Assembly: GCA_965279375.1 (NCBI GenBank)
Contig: OZ257156.1
Location: 320,001 to 384,000, forward strand
Source of the DNA: Gemmatimonas sp.
GTDB taxonomy: Bacteria > Gemmatimonadota > Gemmatimonadetes > Gemmatimonadales > Gemmatimonadaceae
Direction: 5' to 3'
Length of the DNA stretch: 64,000 bases
Positions 20,281-30,600 of this stretch are shown piece after piece; within the stretch, counting starts at the first letter, position 1; every line of letters begins with the position of its first letter. The notes under the pieces were generated by a model, which did not search any database, was not told the DNA's origin, and worked only from the letters and a program-made list of their open reading frames with translations. The translations under genes and the position numbers were made by a program.

Positions 20281-22808
20281 TGCGCGCCGGAGCATCGACG
20301 ACGCGAGGGAGACAGCGCGCGACTGCTCGCCTGCTGTCGCTCGCCGCGCTCTGTGCGTCCTGCCTGGCGTGGCGGGACTCAGCGGCCGTACAGGATCCGC
20401 GCGCGCAGGTGCGCGCATTGCTCGACGCGGGCAAGTACGCGGAGGCGGAAGCCGCCGCGCGCGCTGGCGGTGCGGCACTGAACGCCGCGCTCGGCGATGT
20501 CCTCGTGGCGCGCGGCAAATTGAGCGAAGCCGAAGCGACCTACGCGCGTGCCATCGCCGCTGGCGGCGCAGATCGTTGGCCCGCTGAGGTGGCGCTGGCA
20601 GAGTTGGCGGAGCGTCGCGGCGAGCATGCGCGCGCGGAGCAACGCGCGACAACCGTCGTCAATGCCTACCGCGCCATGTCGCAGCCAAGTGGCACAGCGC
20701 ACGTGGCCGCGGGTCGGGCGTACGTGCTGTTGGTGCGTTCTGATCGCGCGGCGGCGCAGCGTGCGCTCGCGGCATTCGACGCGGCCGCAGAACTCGATTC
20801 GACCAACCTCGACGCACAACGCCGCGCGGGCGATCTGTTGCTGGCGCGTTCAGGGGACAAGGACGCGACGACGTCGTATCAGGCGGTGCTGCGTCGCGCA
20901 CCCAAGGATGCACAGGCGTTGTTGGGGATGGCGCGCGTGACCGAGTTTCAGCAGCAGCAGAACCCGCTGCCGTTGGTGGAGGAGAGCCTCGCAGCAAATC
21001 CGCAGCTCCCCGACGCGCTCGTGATGCGTGCACGCATGTATCTCGCGGCGGAAGCGTTCGACTCGGCGCGTGCGCTTTCGAGTCGTGCGATCGCGACGGA
21101 TTCGTCGTCGATGGGCGCATGGGGACTGCTCGGCGCGGTGGCGTGGCTGCGCGGTGACTCCACGGCGTATCGACGCGCGTTCGCGGCAGCGACGGCACTC
21201 CAGCCAAAACCGGTGGATTTTCACATCACGCTGGCTGAAGCGGCCACACGCCAACGGCGCTACGCGGATGCCTATCGTCTGTCGCAGCTTGCGGTGTCGC
21301 TGGACAGTCAGTCAGTACGCGCGCTCAACGTGCTGGGTTCGACGCAGCTGCAACTCGGGCAAATGGAGGCGGGGCGTGCGACGCTCACGCGTTCCTTCGC
21401 GCTCGACGGCTCCGGCGCACGCACCAAGAACACGCTCGACCTGCTGGATGAGATGCGAGGGTTCGTCTCGGTCGACACCGGACATTTCCGGTTCGTCGCG
21501 CCGAAGGAAGAGGCCGCGTTGCTCTCGCTCTACGTCGTGCCACTGCTGGAGCGCGCCTTCGATACGCTGTCCGTGCGTTACGGATACAAGCCGACGACGC
21601 CCGTTCGACTGGAGTTCTTCCGTCGCTCTGCGGACTTTTCCGTGCGCGCCATCGGCGAATCCGGTCTTGGCGCGCTTGGCGTGAGCTTTGGCAACGTGCT
21701 GGCGATGGATGCGCCGAGTGCGCGGGAACGCGGCACGTTCAACTGGGGCTCGACGGCGTGGCATGAGTTGACGCACGCGTTCACGTTGGGCGCGTCGGAT
21801 CATCGTGTGCCGCGTTGGTTGTCCGAAGGGCTGTCGGTGTTTGAAGAGCGTCGTGCGGCACCGGGTTGGGGCGCTTCGGCGACGACGGCATTTGTGGGTG
21901 CGCTTGGCGCCAATGCGTTGCGTCCGATGAGTGAACTGAGTGAGGGGTTCATGCACCCTCGCTTCCCTGAAGAGACGCAGTTCAGCTACTACCAGGCGTC
22001 GCTGTTCTGCGAGATGGTGGTTGAAATGAAGGGGCTGCGCGCGCTCCCGGCGATGCTCACGGCGTATCGCGACGGCTACGACACGCCTGCGGTATTTCAG
22101 CGCGTGCTCGGCATGACCACGGCGCAGGTGGATGCGCAGTTCGACCGGTACATGCGCACGATGTTCACTGCGGCGATCGCGTCGATTGCTCCGAAGGACT
22201 CGAGTGCCGCGCGTGGGGTGACGTTCATGTCCACGATGCAGCGCGCGGTCGGACTGATGGAGGCGGGACGGAAGGATTCGGCGAGCGTACTACTGGAGCA
22301 GGCGCAGCGCATGTTTCCGCAGTACGCCGGCACGGATGGCCCGTCGTGGTTTCTGGCGCTGTTGGCGCGCGACCGCGGCGATACGACGAGCGCACTCCGA
22401 CAGGCATCCGTCGTGACCACGCGTAACGAGGTGGCGTGGGAGGCCAACCTGCTGCAGGCTGATTTGTCAGAGAAGCGCGGCGATGTGATCGGTGCAACCG
22501 CGGCGCTCGAGCGGCTGTTCTGGATTTCCCCATACGACCCGGCACTGCACGCGCGCGTCGCAACAATGGCCGGTGCTCGCGGCGACCACGCGCGGGCGTT
22601 GCGCGAGCGCCGCGCGATCATTGCGCTGCGACCCGCTGATCTGCTGGACGCGCGCTACGAGTTGGCCAAGGCGATGGCAGCGAGCGGCGACATACGGGGC
22701 GCGCGGCGCGAGTTGCTGGAGGTACTGGAGCAGGCGCCGTCGTTCGAGAAGGCACAGGCGCTCTTGCTCGAGCTGCGAGCCAAGTCTTCCCCCGGAGACG
22801 CGTCATGA
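20280..22808 (+). CDS. Secreted TPR protein with a peptidase MA-like (HExxH) domain
   Basis: Ala-rich TPR helices flanking WHELTHAF and PRWLSEGL; TGATG-coupled. Confidence 0.85.
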   Translation: MRAGASTTRGRQRATARLLSLAALCASCLAWRDSAAVQDPRAQVRALLDAGKYAEAEAAARAGGAALNAALGDVLVARGKLSEAEATYARAIAAGGADRWPAEVALAELAERRGEHARAEQRATTVVNAYRAMSQPSGTAHVAAGRAYVLLVRSDRAAAQRALAAFDAAAELDSTNLDAQRRAGDLLLARSGDKDATTSYQAVLRRAPKDAQALLGMARVTEFQQQQNPLPLVEESLAANPQLPDALVMRARMYLAAEAFDSARALSSRAIATDSSSMGAWGLLGAVAWLRGDSTAYRRAFAAATALQPKPVDFHITLAEAATRQRRYADAYRLSQLAVSLDSQSVRALNVLGSTQLQLGQMEAGRATLTRSFALDGSGARTKNTLDLLDEMRGFVSVDTGHFRFVAPKEEAALLSLYVVPLLERAFDTLSVRYGYKPTTPVRLEFFRRSADFSVRAIGESGLGALGVSFGNVLAMDAPSARERGTFNWGSTAWHELTHAFTLGASDHRVPRWLSEGLSVFEERRAAPGWGASATTAFVGALGANALRPMSELSEGFMHPRFPEETQFSYYQASLFCEMVVEMKGLRALPAMLTAYRDGYDTPAVFQRVLGMTTAQVDAQFDRYMRTMFTAAIASIAPKDSSAARGVTFMSTMQRAVGLMEAGRKDSASVLLEQAQRMFPQYAGTDGPSWFLALLARDRGDTTSALRQASVVTTRNEVAWEANLLQADLSEKRGDVIGATAALERLFWISPYDPALHARVATMAGARGDHARALRERRAIIALRPADLLDARYELAKAMAASGDIRGARRELLEVLEQAPSFEKAQALLLELRAKSSPGDAS

Positions 22809-23584
22809 CGCGGACACGCTTCACGCGATTGGGTAGTGCGTTGATGGTGACGGCGACACTCATCGGCCTGTTTGCTGTGTCGCCACTCGCCGCGCAGCGT
22901 CGTCGTGCACCGGAAGTGCTGCCCAACTCACCGTACGACGGCCGCTACACGTTCGTGCGCATCAAATACGATATCCCGATGTCATCGAGCAGTTTTCGTG
23001 GCGTCGATATCAAGTGGAGCCACGACTATCCGCGGGGCGAGCGGCACTTCACCAAGATCCTGAGCGAGCTCTCGACGGCGCGCGTGCGCACGGCCGTGAG
23101 CAACGTGTTGTCGCTCGACGATCCGGAGCTGACGCGCTACCCGGTGGCGTACATGGCGGAACCGGGATTCTGGCGACCGACGGAGCCCGAGGTGCTGGCG
23201 CTCAGGAATTATCTGGCCAAGGGCGGCTTCATCATCTTCGACGACTTCGCAGGCGAGCATTGGCTCAACTTCGAGTCGCAGATCAAGCGAGTGTTTCCGA
23301 AAGGTCGCATGATTCCGCTGACGCTTTCGCATCCGATCTTCGACTCGTTCTATCGAATCAAGAGTCTGGACTACGAGCATCCGTACTATCGTGGCATGAA
23401 GTCGGTGTTTTACGGGCTGTTCGAGGACAACGATCCGAGCAAGCGTTTGCTCATGGTCGCGAACTACAACAGTGACATGTCGGAGCTGTGGGAGTTCAGC
23501 GATGAAGGGATGTTCCCGCTGGACATGTCCAACGAAGCGTACAAGCTCGGCGTGAATTACATCATCCACGCGCTCACCCGCTGA
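22805..23584 (+). CDS. DUF4159 domain protein
   Basis: WSHDYP, LRNYLAKGGF..FDDF, HPIF, KLGVNYIIHALT; ATGA overlap; signal peptide. Confidence 0.85.
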   Translation: MTRTRFTRLGSALMVTATLIGLFAVSPLAAQRRRAPEVLPNSPYDGRYTFVRIKYDIPMSSSSFRGVDIKWSHDYPRGERHFTKILSELSTARVRTAVSNVLSLDDPELTRYPVAYMAEPGFWRPTEPEVLALRNYLAKGGFIIFDDFAGEHWLNFESQIKRVFPKGRMIPLTLSHPIFDSFYRIKSLDYEHPYYRGMKSVFYGLFEDNDPSKRLLMVANYNSDMSELWEFSDEGMFPLDMSNEAYKLGVNYIIHALTR

Positions 23585-23597
23585 CTCGAGGATCCGC

Positions 23598-24671
23598 TTG
23601 ACCGCTACCCCGCCCCCGGAAGCCGGCACGACTGCCGGTACTGCTGCTTCGCTCGATGGACTCGACGATGGTGCGTTGGCCGATCGCCTGCAGGGCGTGG
23701 GCGAGCGGATCACCCGCGAGCTGCGCAAGGTCATCGTTGGTCAGGAGACTGTCGTAGAGCAGGCACTCATCGCGCTCTTTGCCGGCGGCAACTGTCTGCT
23801 GGTGGGCGTGCCGGGACTCGCCAAGACGCTGCTCATCTCCACGCTGGCCCGTGCACTCGATCTGCGTTTCTCGCGCATTCAGTTCACGCCCGATCTCATG
23901 CCCTCCGACGTGACGGGTACCGACGTCATTCAGGACGACCCCACCACGGGACAGCGTCGATTGGCGTTCATGCCGGGGCCGGTGTTCACCAATGTGCTGC
24001 TGGCTGACGAAATCAATCGCACGCCGCCCAAGACGCAGGCCGCACTGCTGGAGGCGATGCAGGAGCGTCGCGTCACGGTGCAGGGTCGCACCTACGAACT
24101 CGACGCGCCGTTCTTCGTGTTCGCGACGCAGAACCCGATCGAACTGGAAGGCACGTATCCCCTGCCTGAAGCGCAGCTCGACCGCTTCATGCTGGAAGTG
24201 ATGCTCGATTATCTGCCGGAAGAAGACGAAGTAGCCGTCGTGAAGGCGACGACTGCGCTGCCGCCGAGTGCCGTGCAGCCGGTGGTAAGCAAGGCAGAGA
24301 TTCTCGCGTTTCAACGCGTGGTGCGTCGCTTGCCCATTGCCGACGCGGTCACGCGCTATGCCGTCAAGCTGGTGCGCATGACACGTCCAGGCGATGCGGC
24401 AACGCCCAGTGGCTCGCCCGACTTCGTGCGGCAGTGGGTGTCGTATGGCGCGAGCGTACGCGCGGCGCAGGCGTTGGTGTTGGGCGCGAAGGCGCGGGCG
24501 CTACTGCAGGGGCGCGCCAGCCCGAGTTTTGAAGACGTGCGCGCGCTCGCGCGGCCGGTGCTGCGTCATCGAGTGCTGGTCAACTTTCAGGCGCAGTCGG
24601 AGAAGGTCACCACCGACGCGATCATCGCCAAGCTCCTCGACGCGGTACCGATGCCGCGTTCGGCGCTCTGA
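23598..24671 (+). CDS. moxR: MoxR family AAA+ ATPase
   Basis: GVPGLAKT Walker A, RIQFTPDLMPSD, LADEINR, ATQNPIE.EGTYPLPEAQLDRF. Confidence 0.97.
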   Translation: MTATPPPEAGTTAGTAASLDGLDDGALADRLQGVGERITRELRKVIVGQETVVEQALIALFAGGNCLLVGVPGLAKTLLISTLARALDLRFSRIQFTPDLMPSDVTGTDVIQDDPTTGQRRLAFMPGPVFTNVLLADEINRTPPKTQAALLEAMQERRVTVQGRTYELDAPFFVFATQNPIELEGTYPLPEAQLDRFMLEVMLDYLPEEDEVAVVKATTALPPSAVQPVVSKAEILAFQRVVRRLPIADAVTRYAVKLVRMTRPGDAATPSGSPDFVRQWVSYGASVRAAQALVLGAKARALLQGRASPSFEDVRALARPVLRHRVLVNFQAQSEKVTTDAIIAKLLDAVPMPRSAL

Positions 24672-24684
24672 GTCGAGACAGCTG

Positions 24685-25584
24685 ATGGCAACCGCTCCGG
24701 CGTCCTTCCTCGATCCGGCCATGCTGGCCCGCATCTCCGACCTCGCGCTGTTGGCGCGCACGGTCGTGGACGGGTTCATGCATGGTCAGCATCGCTCCAT
24801 GCGCAAAGGTGCGTCGATGGATTTCGCCGAGCATCGGTCGTATCAACCGGGCGACGATCTGCGACGGATCGATTGGCGCGTGTACGGTCGCACGAATCGG
24901 TTCTACATCAAGGAGTACGACGCGGACACCAATGCGAGTGTGGTGTTTGCACTCGATACGTCGGGCAGCATGGACTTCGGCAGCGGCGCCGTCACCAAGT
25001 TCGACTACGCGCGCTTTCTCGTGGCGTCGCTGGCGTGGCTGTCGCAACATCAGGGCGATCGCGTGGGGCTTGCCACCTTTGTGGGCGATCTGGTGGATGT
25101 CGTGCCGCCGTCGGTGCGTCATCTGCAACTGATGCTGCACACGTTGGCGCGGTGCAAGAGTTCGGGCACGAGCCAGCTCGTCCACTCCATCGAGCGACTC
25201 GGGCTCGTCGCGATGCGCGCGGGTATCGTCGTGCTGGTCTCCGACTGCTATGCGCAGCCGGATGCGCTGGGGCGTGCGATCGACGGGCTGCGCATGCGCG
25301 GCCATGACGTGATCGTCTTTCACATCGTGGACCCCGCCGAGCGAGAGTTGCCGGGCGATGCACCCACGACGTACGAAGACGCGGAGAGTGGCGTGCTGTT
25401 GCCGCTTCGTCCGGGCGAGCTGCGCACCAAGTATCAGGCGCTGGTGACAGCGCATCACCTGGCGTTGTCCAAGCGCATCGCAGCGGCCGGCGCGGATTAT
25501 GTCCGTGTGGACATCGATCAGCCGCTCGATCGCGCGCTGCATGCCTACCTCGATTCGCGCCTGTCGCGCGGGCGTGTGCGCTGA
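24685..25584 (+). CDS. DUF58 domain (vWA-like) protein
   Basis: DFAEHRSYQPGDDLRRIDWRVYGR, LDTSGSM. Confidence 0.95.
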   Translation: MATAPASFLDPAMLARISDLALLARTVVDGFMHGQHRSMRKGASMDFAEHRSYQPGDDLRRIDWRVYGRTNRFYIKEYDADTNASVVFALDTSGSMDFGSGAVTKFDYARFLVASLAWLSQHQGDRVGLATFVGDLVDVVPPSVRHLQLMLHTLARCKSSGTSQLVHSIERLGLVAMRAGIVVLVSDCYAQPDALGRAIDGLRMRGHDVIVFHIVDPAERELPGDAPTTYEDAESGVLLPLRPGELRTKYQALVTAHHLALSKRIAAAGADYVRVDIDQPLDRALHAYLDSRLSRGRVR

Positions 25585-27650
25585 TGGGCATCGGCTTTCT
25601 CGTTCCGGCGTTTCTGGCGGGATTGGCGGCGCTCGCCATTCCGCTGTTCATGCATCTAAGGCATCGCGACAAGGATCGACCGTATCGGTTCCCGTCGCTG
25701 ATGTTTCTCGAGCAGCTGCCCATTCGTACGTCGCAACGTCAGCGCATCACCGATTGGCCGCTGCTGCTGTTGCGCGCGCTGGCGGTGGCGATGTTGGTGC
25801 TCGCGTTCGCGCGTCCGGTGTTCAACACGCAGTCGGTGGTGGGAGCGGATACGCGCACCAAGGCGGTGATCGTGCTGCTCGATCGATCGCTGAGCATGGG
25901 CCATACCGCGGTGTGGCCCACCGCGATCGATTCCGCGAAGCGTGTGATTGCCGGGTTGGGTGCGCGCGATCGTGTAGGCGTGGTGTTCTTCGACGATGCC
26001 GCCGAGGTTGCGCAGCGCCTGACCGAGGACAAGGCGGCGGCGACGGCCGTGCTGGCGAGTGCGAAGTCAGTGCCGCGCGGAACGCGCTTTGCACCGGCGC
26101 TTCGTACAGCCCGTCAGATGTTGCTCGATGCGCCGTTTGCGGCCGCCGAGATCGTGCTCATCTCCGATTTGCAGCGGGCGGGGACGGCGGGGATCGCCGG
26201 TCTCGATCTCCCACCGGGAGTCGAGCTGCGCAGCATCAATGTCGGTGCGCGCGATCGCGCGAACAACGCCGTGCGGTCGGTGGAAGCATCGCGCATCAGT
26301 GATGGCAGCAAGTCGATGCTCGCGGTGAAGGCGCGGATTTCTTCGCGTGAGCTCACTGGCACGCGTGACGTGAAGGCGACGCTGCAGCTCAATGGACGTG
26401 ACGCTGGCACGCAAACGGTCACGCTCCCTGCGACCGGCGAAACGGTGGTAACCTTTGCGCCATCCGTTGTGGTGAGCGGTGAGGTGAGTGGTACCGTGAC
26501 GCTCGACGCCGACGCGCTGGCCGCCGACGATCGGTTCTTCTTTGTCGTGCCGCGTGAAGACGCCGTGCGTGTCGCACTCGTGCTGCCTGAGGATGCCACG
26601 TCGGATGAGACGCTTTATCTCGATCGCGCGCTGTCGATCGGCCGGACGCCCGAAATTCGCCTCGAGCGTACGCGCATCGGTCAGCTGAACGCCGCGACGT
26701 TGCGTGATGCGGCGGCGGTGCTGCTCTGGGACACCGCGCCGAGCGCCACGGCAACCGCCGCTCTCGAGACGTACGTGCGCAATGGTGGCGGCGTGATCGT
26801 CGCCGCTGGCCGGCGGCTCGGCGCGCGCAGCGCCGCGTCGACGCTGATTCCTGCGCGGAGCACGGGAATGGCCGACCGACTTGCCGACCGCGGCGGTACG
26901 CTCGCTCCGCTGCAGCTCGAGCACGCGCTCTTTGCGCCATTCCGCTCCACCCCCGACGCACTCGGCGGCGCGCGCTTTCTGCGCTATCCACGACTCGATG
27001 TGACGACGGGCAGCGATGTGCTCGCTCGCTTCGACGATGGTCTGCCCGCCATCATTCAGCGCAAGCTGGGCATTGGTCGCGTGCTGATGCTCGCCATGCC
27101 GCTCGACGCGCAGAGCGGTGACCTGCCGCTGCAACCTGCGTTTCTTCCCTTTGTACGACAGCTGGTGCTGCACACGTCGGGGCGTGACGCCGTACCGCTG
27201 TGGCGGACCACGGCTGATAGCTGGTCGATGCCGGAAGGGCTGACTGATCCCGTGGTGCGCACGCCCGATGCATCGCTCATCCGCCCCAAGGCCGATTCGC
27301 TGGGCAGTGCGGTTCCGCTCGCCGACGCGGGCGTGTACGAAGCCTTCTCCGGCGCTGCCAACGGCGCGCCGGCAGCGGTCATTGCGGTGAACGTGGCAAC
27401 GGCCGAGTCGGACCTGACACCGATCGACCCGAAGGAGCTGTTGCTCGGCGTGCGTGCCACCGAAGGCGCCGCCGTGCAGAACAACGCGCCGCCCACCACC
27501 GACGAGCTCGAGCGTCGGCAGAATGGGTGGCGACTGTTGCTGATCGTCGTTGCGCTCGCATTGTTGAGTGAGACGCTGATGTCCAACCGCGGCTGGCGCG
27601 CAGTGGCCAGACGCTATCGTCCGGCCACGCCGGAACGAACCGAGCCATGA
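25584..27650 (+). CDS. BatA-type N-terminal double-TM, vWA and GATase-like domain protein
   Basis: AIPLFMHL...FPSLMFL...LLLRALAV...FARP (BatA N-terminus); LLDRSLSM MIDAS; C-terminal TM. Confidence 0.9.
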   Translation: MGIGFLVPAFLAGLAALAIPLFMHLRHRDKDRPYRFPSLMFLEQLPIRTSQRQRITDWPLLLLRALAVAMLVLAFARPVFNTQSVVGADTRTKAVIVLLDRSLSMGHTAVWPTAIDSAKRVIAGLGARDRVGVVFFDDAAEVAQRLTEDKAAATAVLASAKSVPRGTRFAPALRTARQMLLDAPFAAAEIVLISDLQRAGTAGIAGLDLPPGVELRSINVGARDRANNAVRSVEASRISDGSKSMLAVKARISSRELTGTRDVKATLQLNGRDAGTQTVTLPATGETVVTFAPSVVVSGEVSGTVTLDADALAADDRFFFVVPREDAVRVALVLPEDATSDETLYLDRALSIGRTPEIRLERTRIGQLNAATLRDAAAVLLWDTAPSATATAALETYVRNGGGVIVAAGRRLGARSAASTLIPARSTGMADRLADRGGTLAPLQLEHALFAPFRSTPDALGGARFLRYPRLDVTTGSDVLARFDDGLPAIIQRKLGIGRVLMLAMPLDAQSGDLPLQPAFLPFVRQLVLHTSGRDAVPLWRTTADSWSMPEGLTDPVVRTPDASLIRPKADSLGSAVPLADAGVYEAFSGAANGAPAAVIAVNVATAESDLTPIDPKELLLGVRATEGAAVQNNAPPTTDELERRQNGWRLLLIVVALALLSETLMSNRGWRAVARRYRPATPERTEP

Positions 27651-27659
27651 GGCCTGAGC

Positions 27660-30600
27660 ATGAGTCCTGATCGTGAGCTGCTCACTGCACTGTCCGCGCT
27701 CCGTCGCCAGTGGCGCCAACGCGTGCTGCTTGAATCGCTGGCCTGGCTCGCGCTTGCGTTGCTGCTGGCCGTCCTCATTGCGATGGCGACGCTGCAGTTC
27801 GCGACGGGGCCAACTGCACCGATGGCGGCGCGTGTGTTCGGCTACGCGCTCCTGGCGATCGCGGTCGTCTGGTTCCTGATCGTCCCGCTGCTGCGACGTC
27901 CGGACGACATTCGTTTCGCGTTGTACGTCGAAGAGCGCGCGCCCGAACTGCGGCAGTCGCTGCTGTCCGCCGTGCAGGAAGCGCAAATCCCAGAGGCGGA
28001 ACGCACCTCGCCGTCGCTCGCGCGCCGTCTTTTTTCGCGCGCGACCGCGGCCATTCGGCCACTGCAGCAACGCGCGACGATCGAGCGTCCGCGAATGCAG
28101 CGTGCGGCAACGTCACTGGGCGCGCTCGCGCTGACCGCCGTTGCGCTGTTCCTGCTGGCGCCCGCACGCGTGCGCGACGGTGCGCGCTTGCTGTTCGTTC
28201 CGTGGAGCACGGCCGAAGCGGCGACGCCGGTGCGTCTGGTGAACGTGCAACCGGGCAACGCGACGATTCCGCGCGGTGGCGCGACCGATGTGCAAGCGGC
28301 GCTGGTTGGATTTGCGGCCGACGGTGCGGAGTTGGTGTTTCGCAGTGATTCTGCGGCCGAGTGGGTGCGTCTGCCGATGGCACGTGAAGCGGATTCCACG
28401 GGCTTTCGTACGCGACTGTTCGATCTCACCAAGCCGACCGAGTACTACGTCGAGTCGGCCGATGTGCGGTCGCCGACGTATCGCCTCGCGATCAGCGATT
28501 TGCCGGCGGTGCAGCAGATCTCGCTCGAACTGCGCTTCCCGTCGTACAGCGGCCTGCCGATGGAGCGCATCGAGGACGGTGGCGATGTGGTAGCCGTGGT
28601 GGGCACGAGCGTGAAGGTGCAGGCGCACGTGACGCGGCGCGTGAAGGGTGGCGCGCTGCACTTCGACGACGGGACGACCGTACCGCTCGTGGTGGAGAAT
28701 GACAGTCTCGTGACGGGCACCTTCCGCGTGAGCAAGAACGGGTTCTATCGCATCGATCTCACCGCGGACGACGGCGCGACGGTGGCGGGCGCGGTGCAGT
28801 ACGTGGTGGAGGCCATTCCCGATCGTGCGCCGATGGTGAGCATCGAGGAACCGGGACGTGACACGAAGGTGGCCAACACGGATGAGGTCACGATCGCGGT
28901 GAAGGCCGGTGACGATCTCGGCGTCACGTCGCTCGAATTGCGCTATCGCGTGAATGGTGGTGAAGAGAAGCGCGTCTCGATGAAGGACAGCACGCGCCGC
29001 ACGCCGCGCGATGTGCGGGCCGCGCATACGCTGTTCCTCGAGGAGCTGTCGCTCACGCCCGGCGATCTCGTGGCCTATCACGCCGTCGCCAAGGACGGCG
29101 GCGGACACGAAGGCAGCAGCGATGTCTACTTCCTCGAAGTGCGACCGCTCTCCAAGAACTACAAGCAGGCGGAGCAGGGCGGTGGTGGCGGCGGAGGCGG
29201 TGGTGGTGGTGGTCAGGAAGACCCGGGCGGCTTTGTGGAGCGGCAGCGCGAAGTGGTCGCGGGCACGTTCAACTGGCTGCGCGACAGCAGCACAAGCGCT
29301 CCCAAGAAGCGGCGCGAAGACATCACCACACTCACGATCGCCGAAGGGCGCCTGCGCGAAGACGTGGCCGGCCTAACGAAGCGTCTCGTCGAGCGTGGGG
29401 TGTCCACGCGCGACACATCGTTCGCCAAGATCAAGGGTCAGCTCGACACGGCGGTTGCCGAGATCAAGACCACGGAAGAGAAGCTTGGCCGTGGACTTGG
29501 GCGGGAGGCGCTGCCGTCGGCACAGCGTGGCTTGCAGTATCTGCAGCGCGCCGAAGCGTTGTATCGCGACGTGCAGGTGCAGATGGGCCAGCAGCAAGGC
29601 GGCGGCGGTGGCGGTGGCGGCGGCGGGCAACAGAAGGCCGAAGACCTGGCCGACTTGTTCGGGCTCGAGACCGACAAGCTGCGCAACCAGTACGAGTCGG
29701 TGCAGCAACAGTCGTCGCAGCAGGATCAGTCCAAGCGCGAAGTGGACGAAACGCTGGAGCGTTTGAAGCAGCTCGCCGCGCGCCAGCAGCAGGAGAACGA
29801 GCGCATGCAGCGCATGGCGCAGGCGATGCGTGACCGTCTGGGGCGTGAATCGAGCGCGGGCGGCGGTGGTGGTGGACAGCGCGAGTTGGCCAAGGCAGCG
29901 GAAGAAGAGGCGCGCCGTCTCGAGCGGTTGTCGCGCGAGCAGAAGTCGCAGGAACTCGCCGATGCCGCACAGCGCATGCAACAGGCGGCCGATGCAATGC
30001 GTCGCGCAGCGGGCGGGTCGGCGTCGCAGGGGAATGCCGCGCTCGAGGAGCTGAACCGTGCCGCACGTCAGCTCGAAGACAACAAGTCGTCGAGCACCAA
30101 CAACGGCATTCAGAAGTTGTCGCAGCAGGCGCGCGATCTGGAATCGCGTCAAAGCGAAATCGCGGAAGGTGTGCAGGCGATGCAGGGCGCATCGGGAGAA
30201 CAGCGCGCGGAGCAGCAGCGTCGGCTCGCGGAAAAGAAGGACGCGTTGTCGCGCGATGTGGAGCGTCTCGAAGCTGAAACCGACCGACTGGCCCGCGATG
30301 GTCGTCGCGATCAGCCCAAGGCGGCGAGCAAGTTGGGCGAAGCGGCCGACGCCATTCGCGATGCGCGCTTGAAGGACAAGATCGACTTCTCGAAGAACGT
30401 CATGCGTGGCGGCTCGTCGGAGTATGCGAACGCCTTCGAGAACCAGATCAGCGAGAACATCAAGGACGTGGCTGACCGTATCGGCGCCGCGGCCGGCTCG
30501 ATGCAGGGCGAGTCGGCGTCGCGCACTCAGGAGAAGTCGCTCGAGAAGACCCGCGAGCTGGTACGCGGGCTGGAGTCGCTGCGCGAACGCATGGCCGATC

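Noticed and set aside
26067..28070. Long antisense ORFs (also 7098-8360, 13397-14635, 41632-43140, 51509-52981, 60815-62308)
   Set aside because: Typical stop-poor shadow frames of high-GC genes; no recognisable motifs; they overlap well-supported CDSs on the opposite strand
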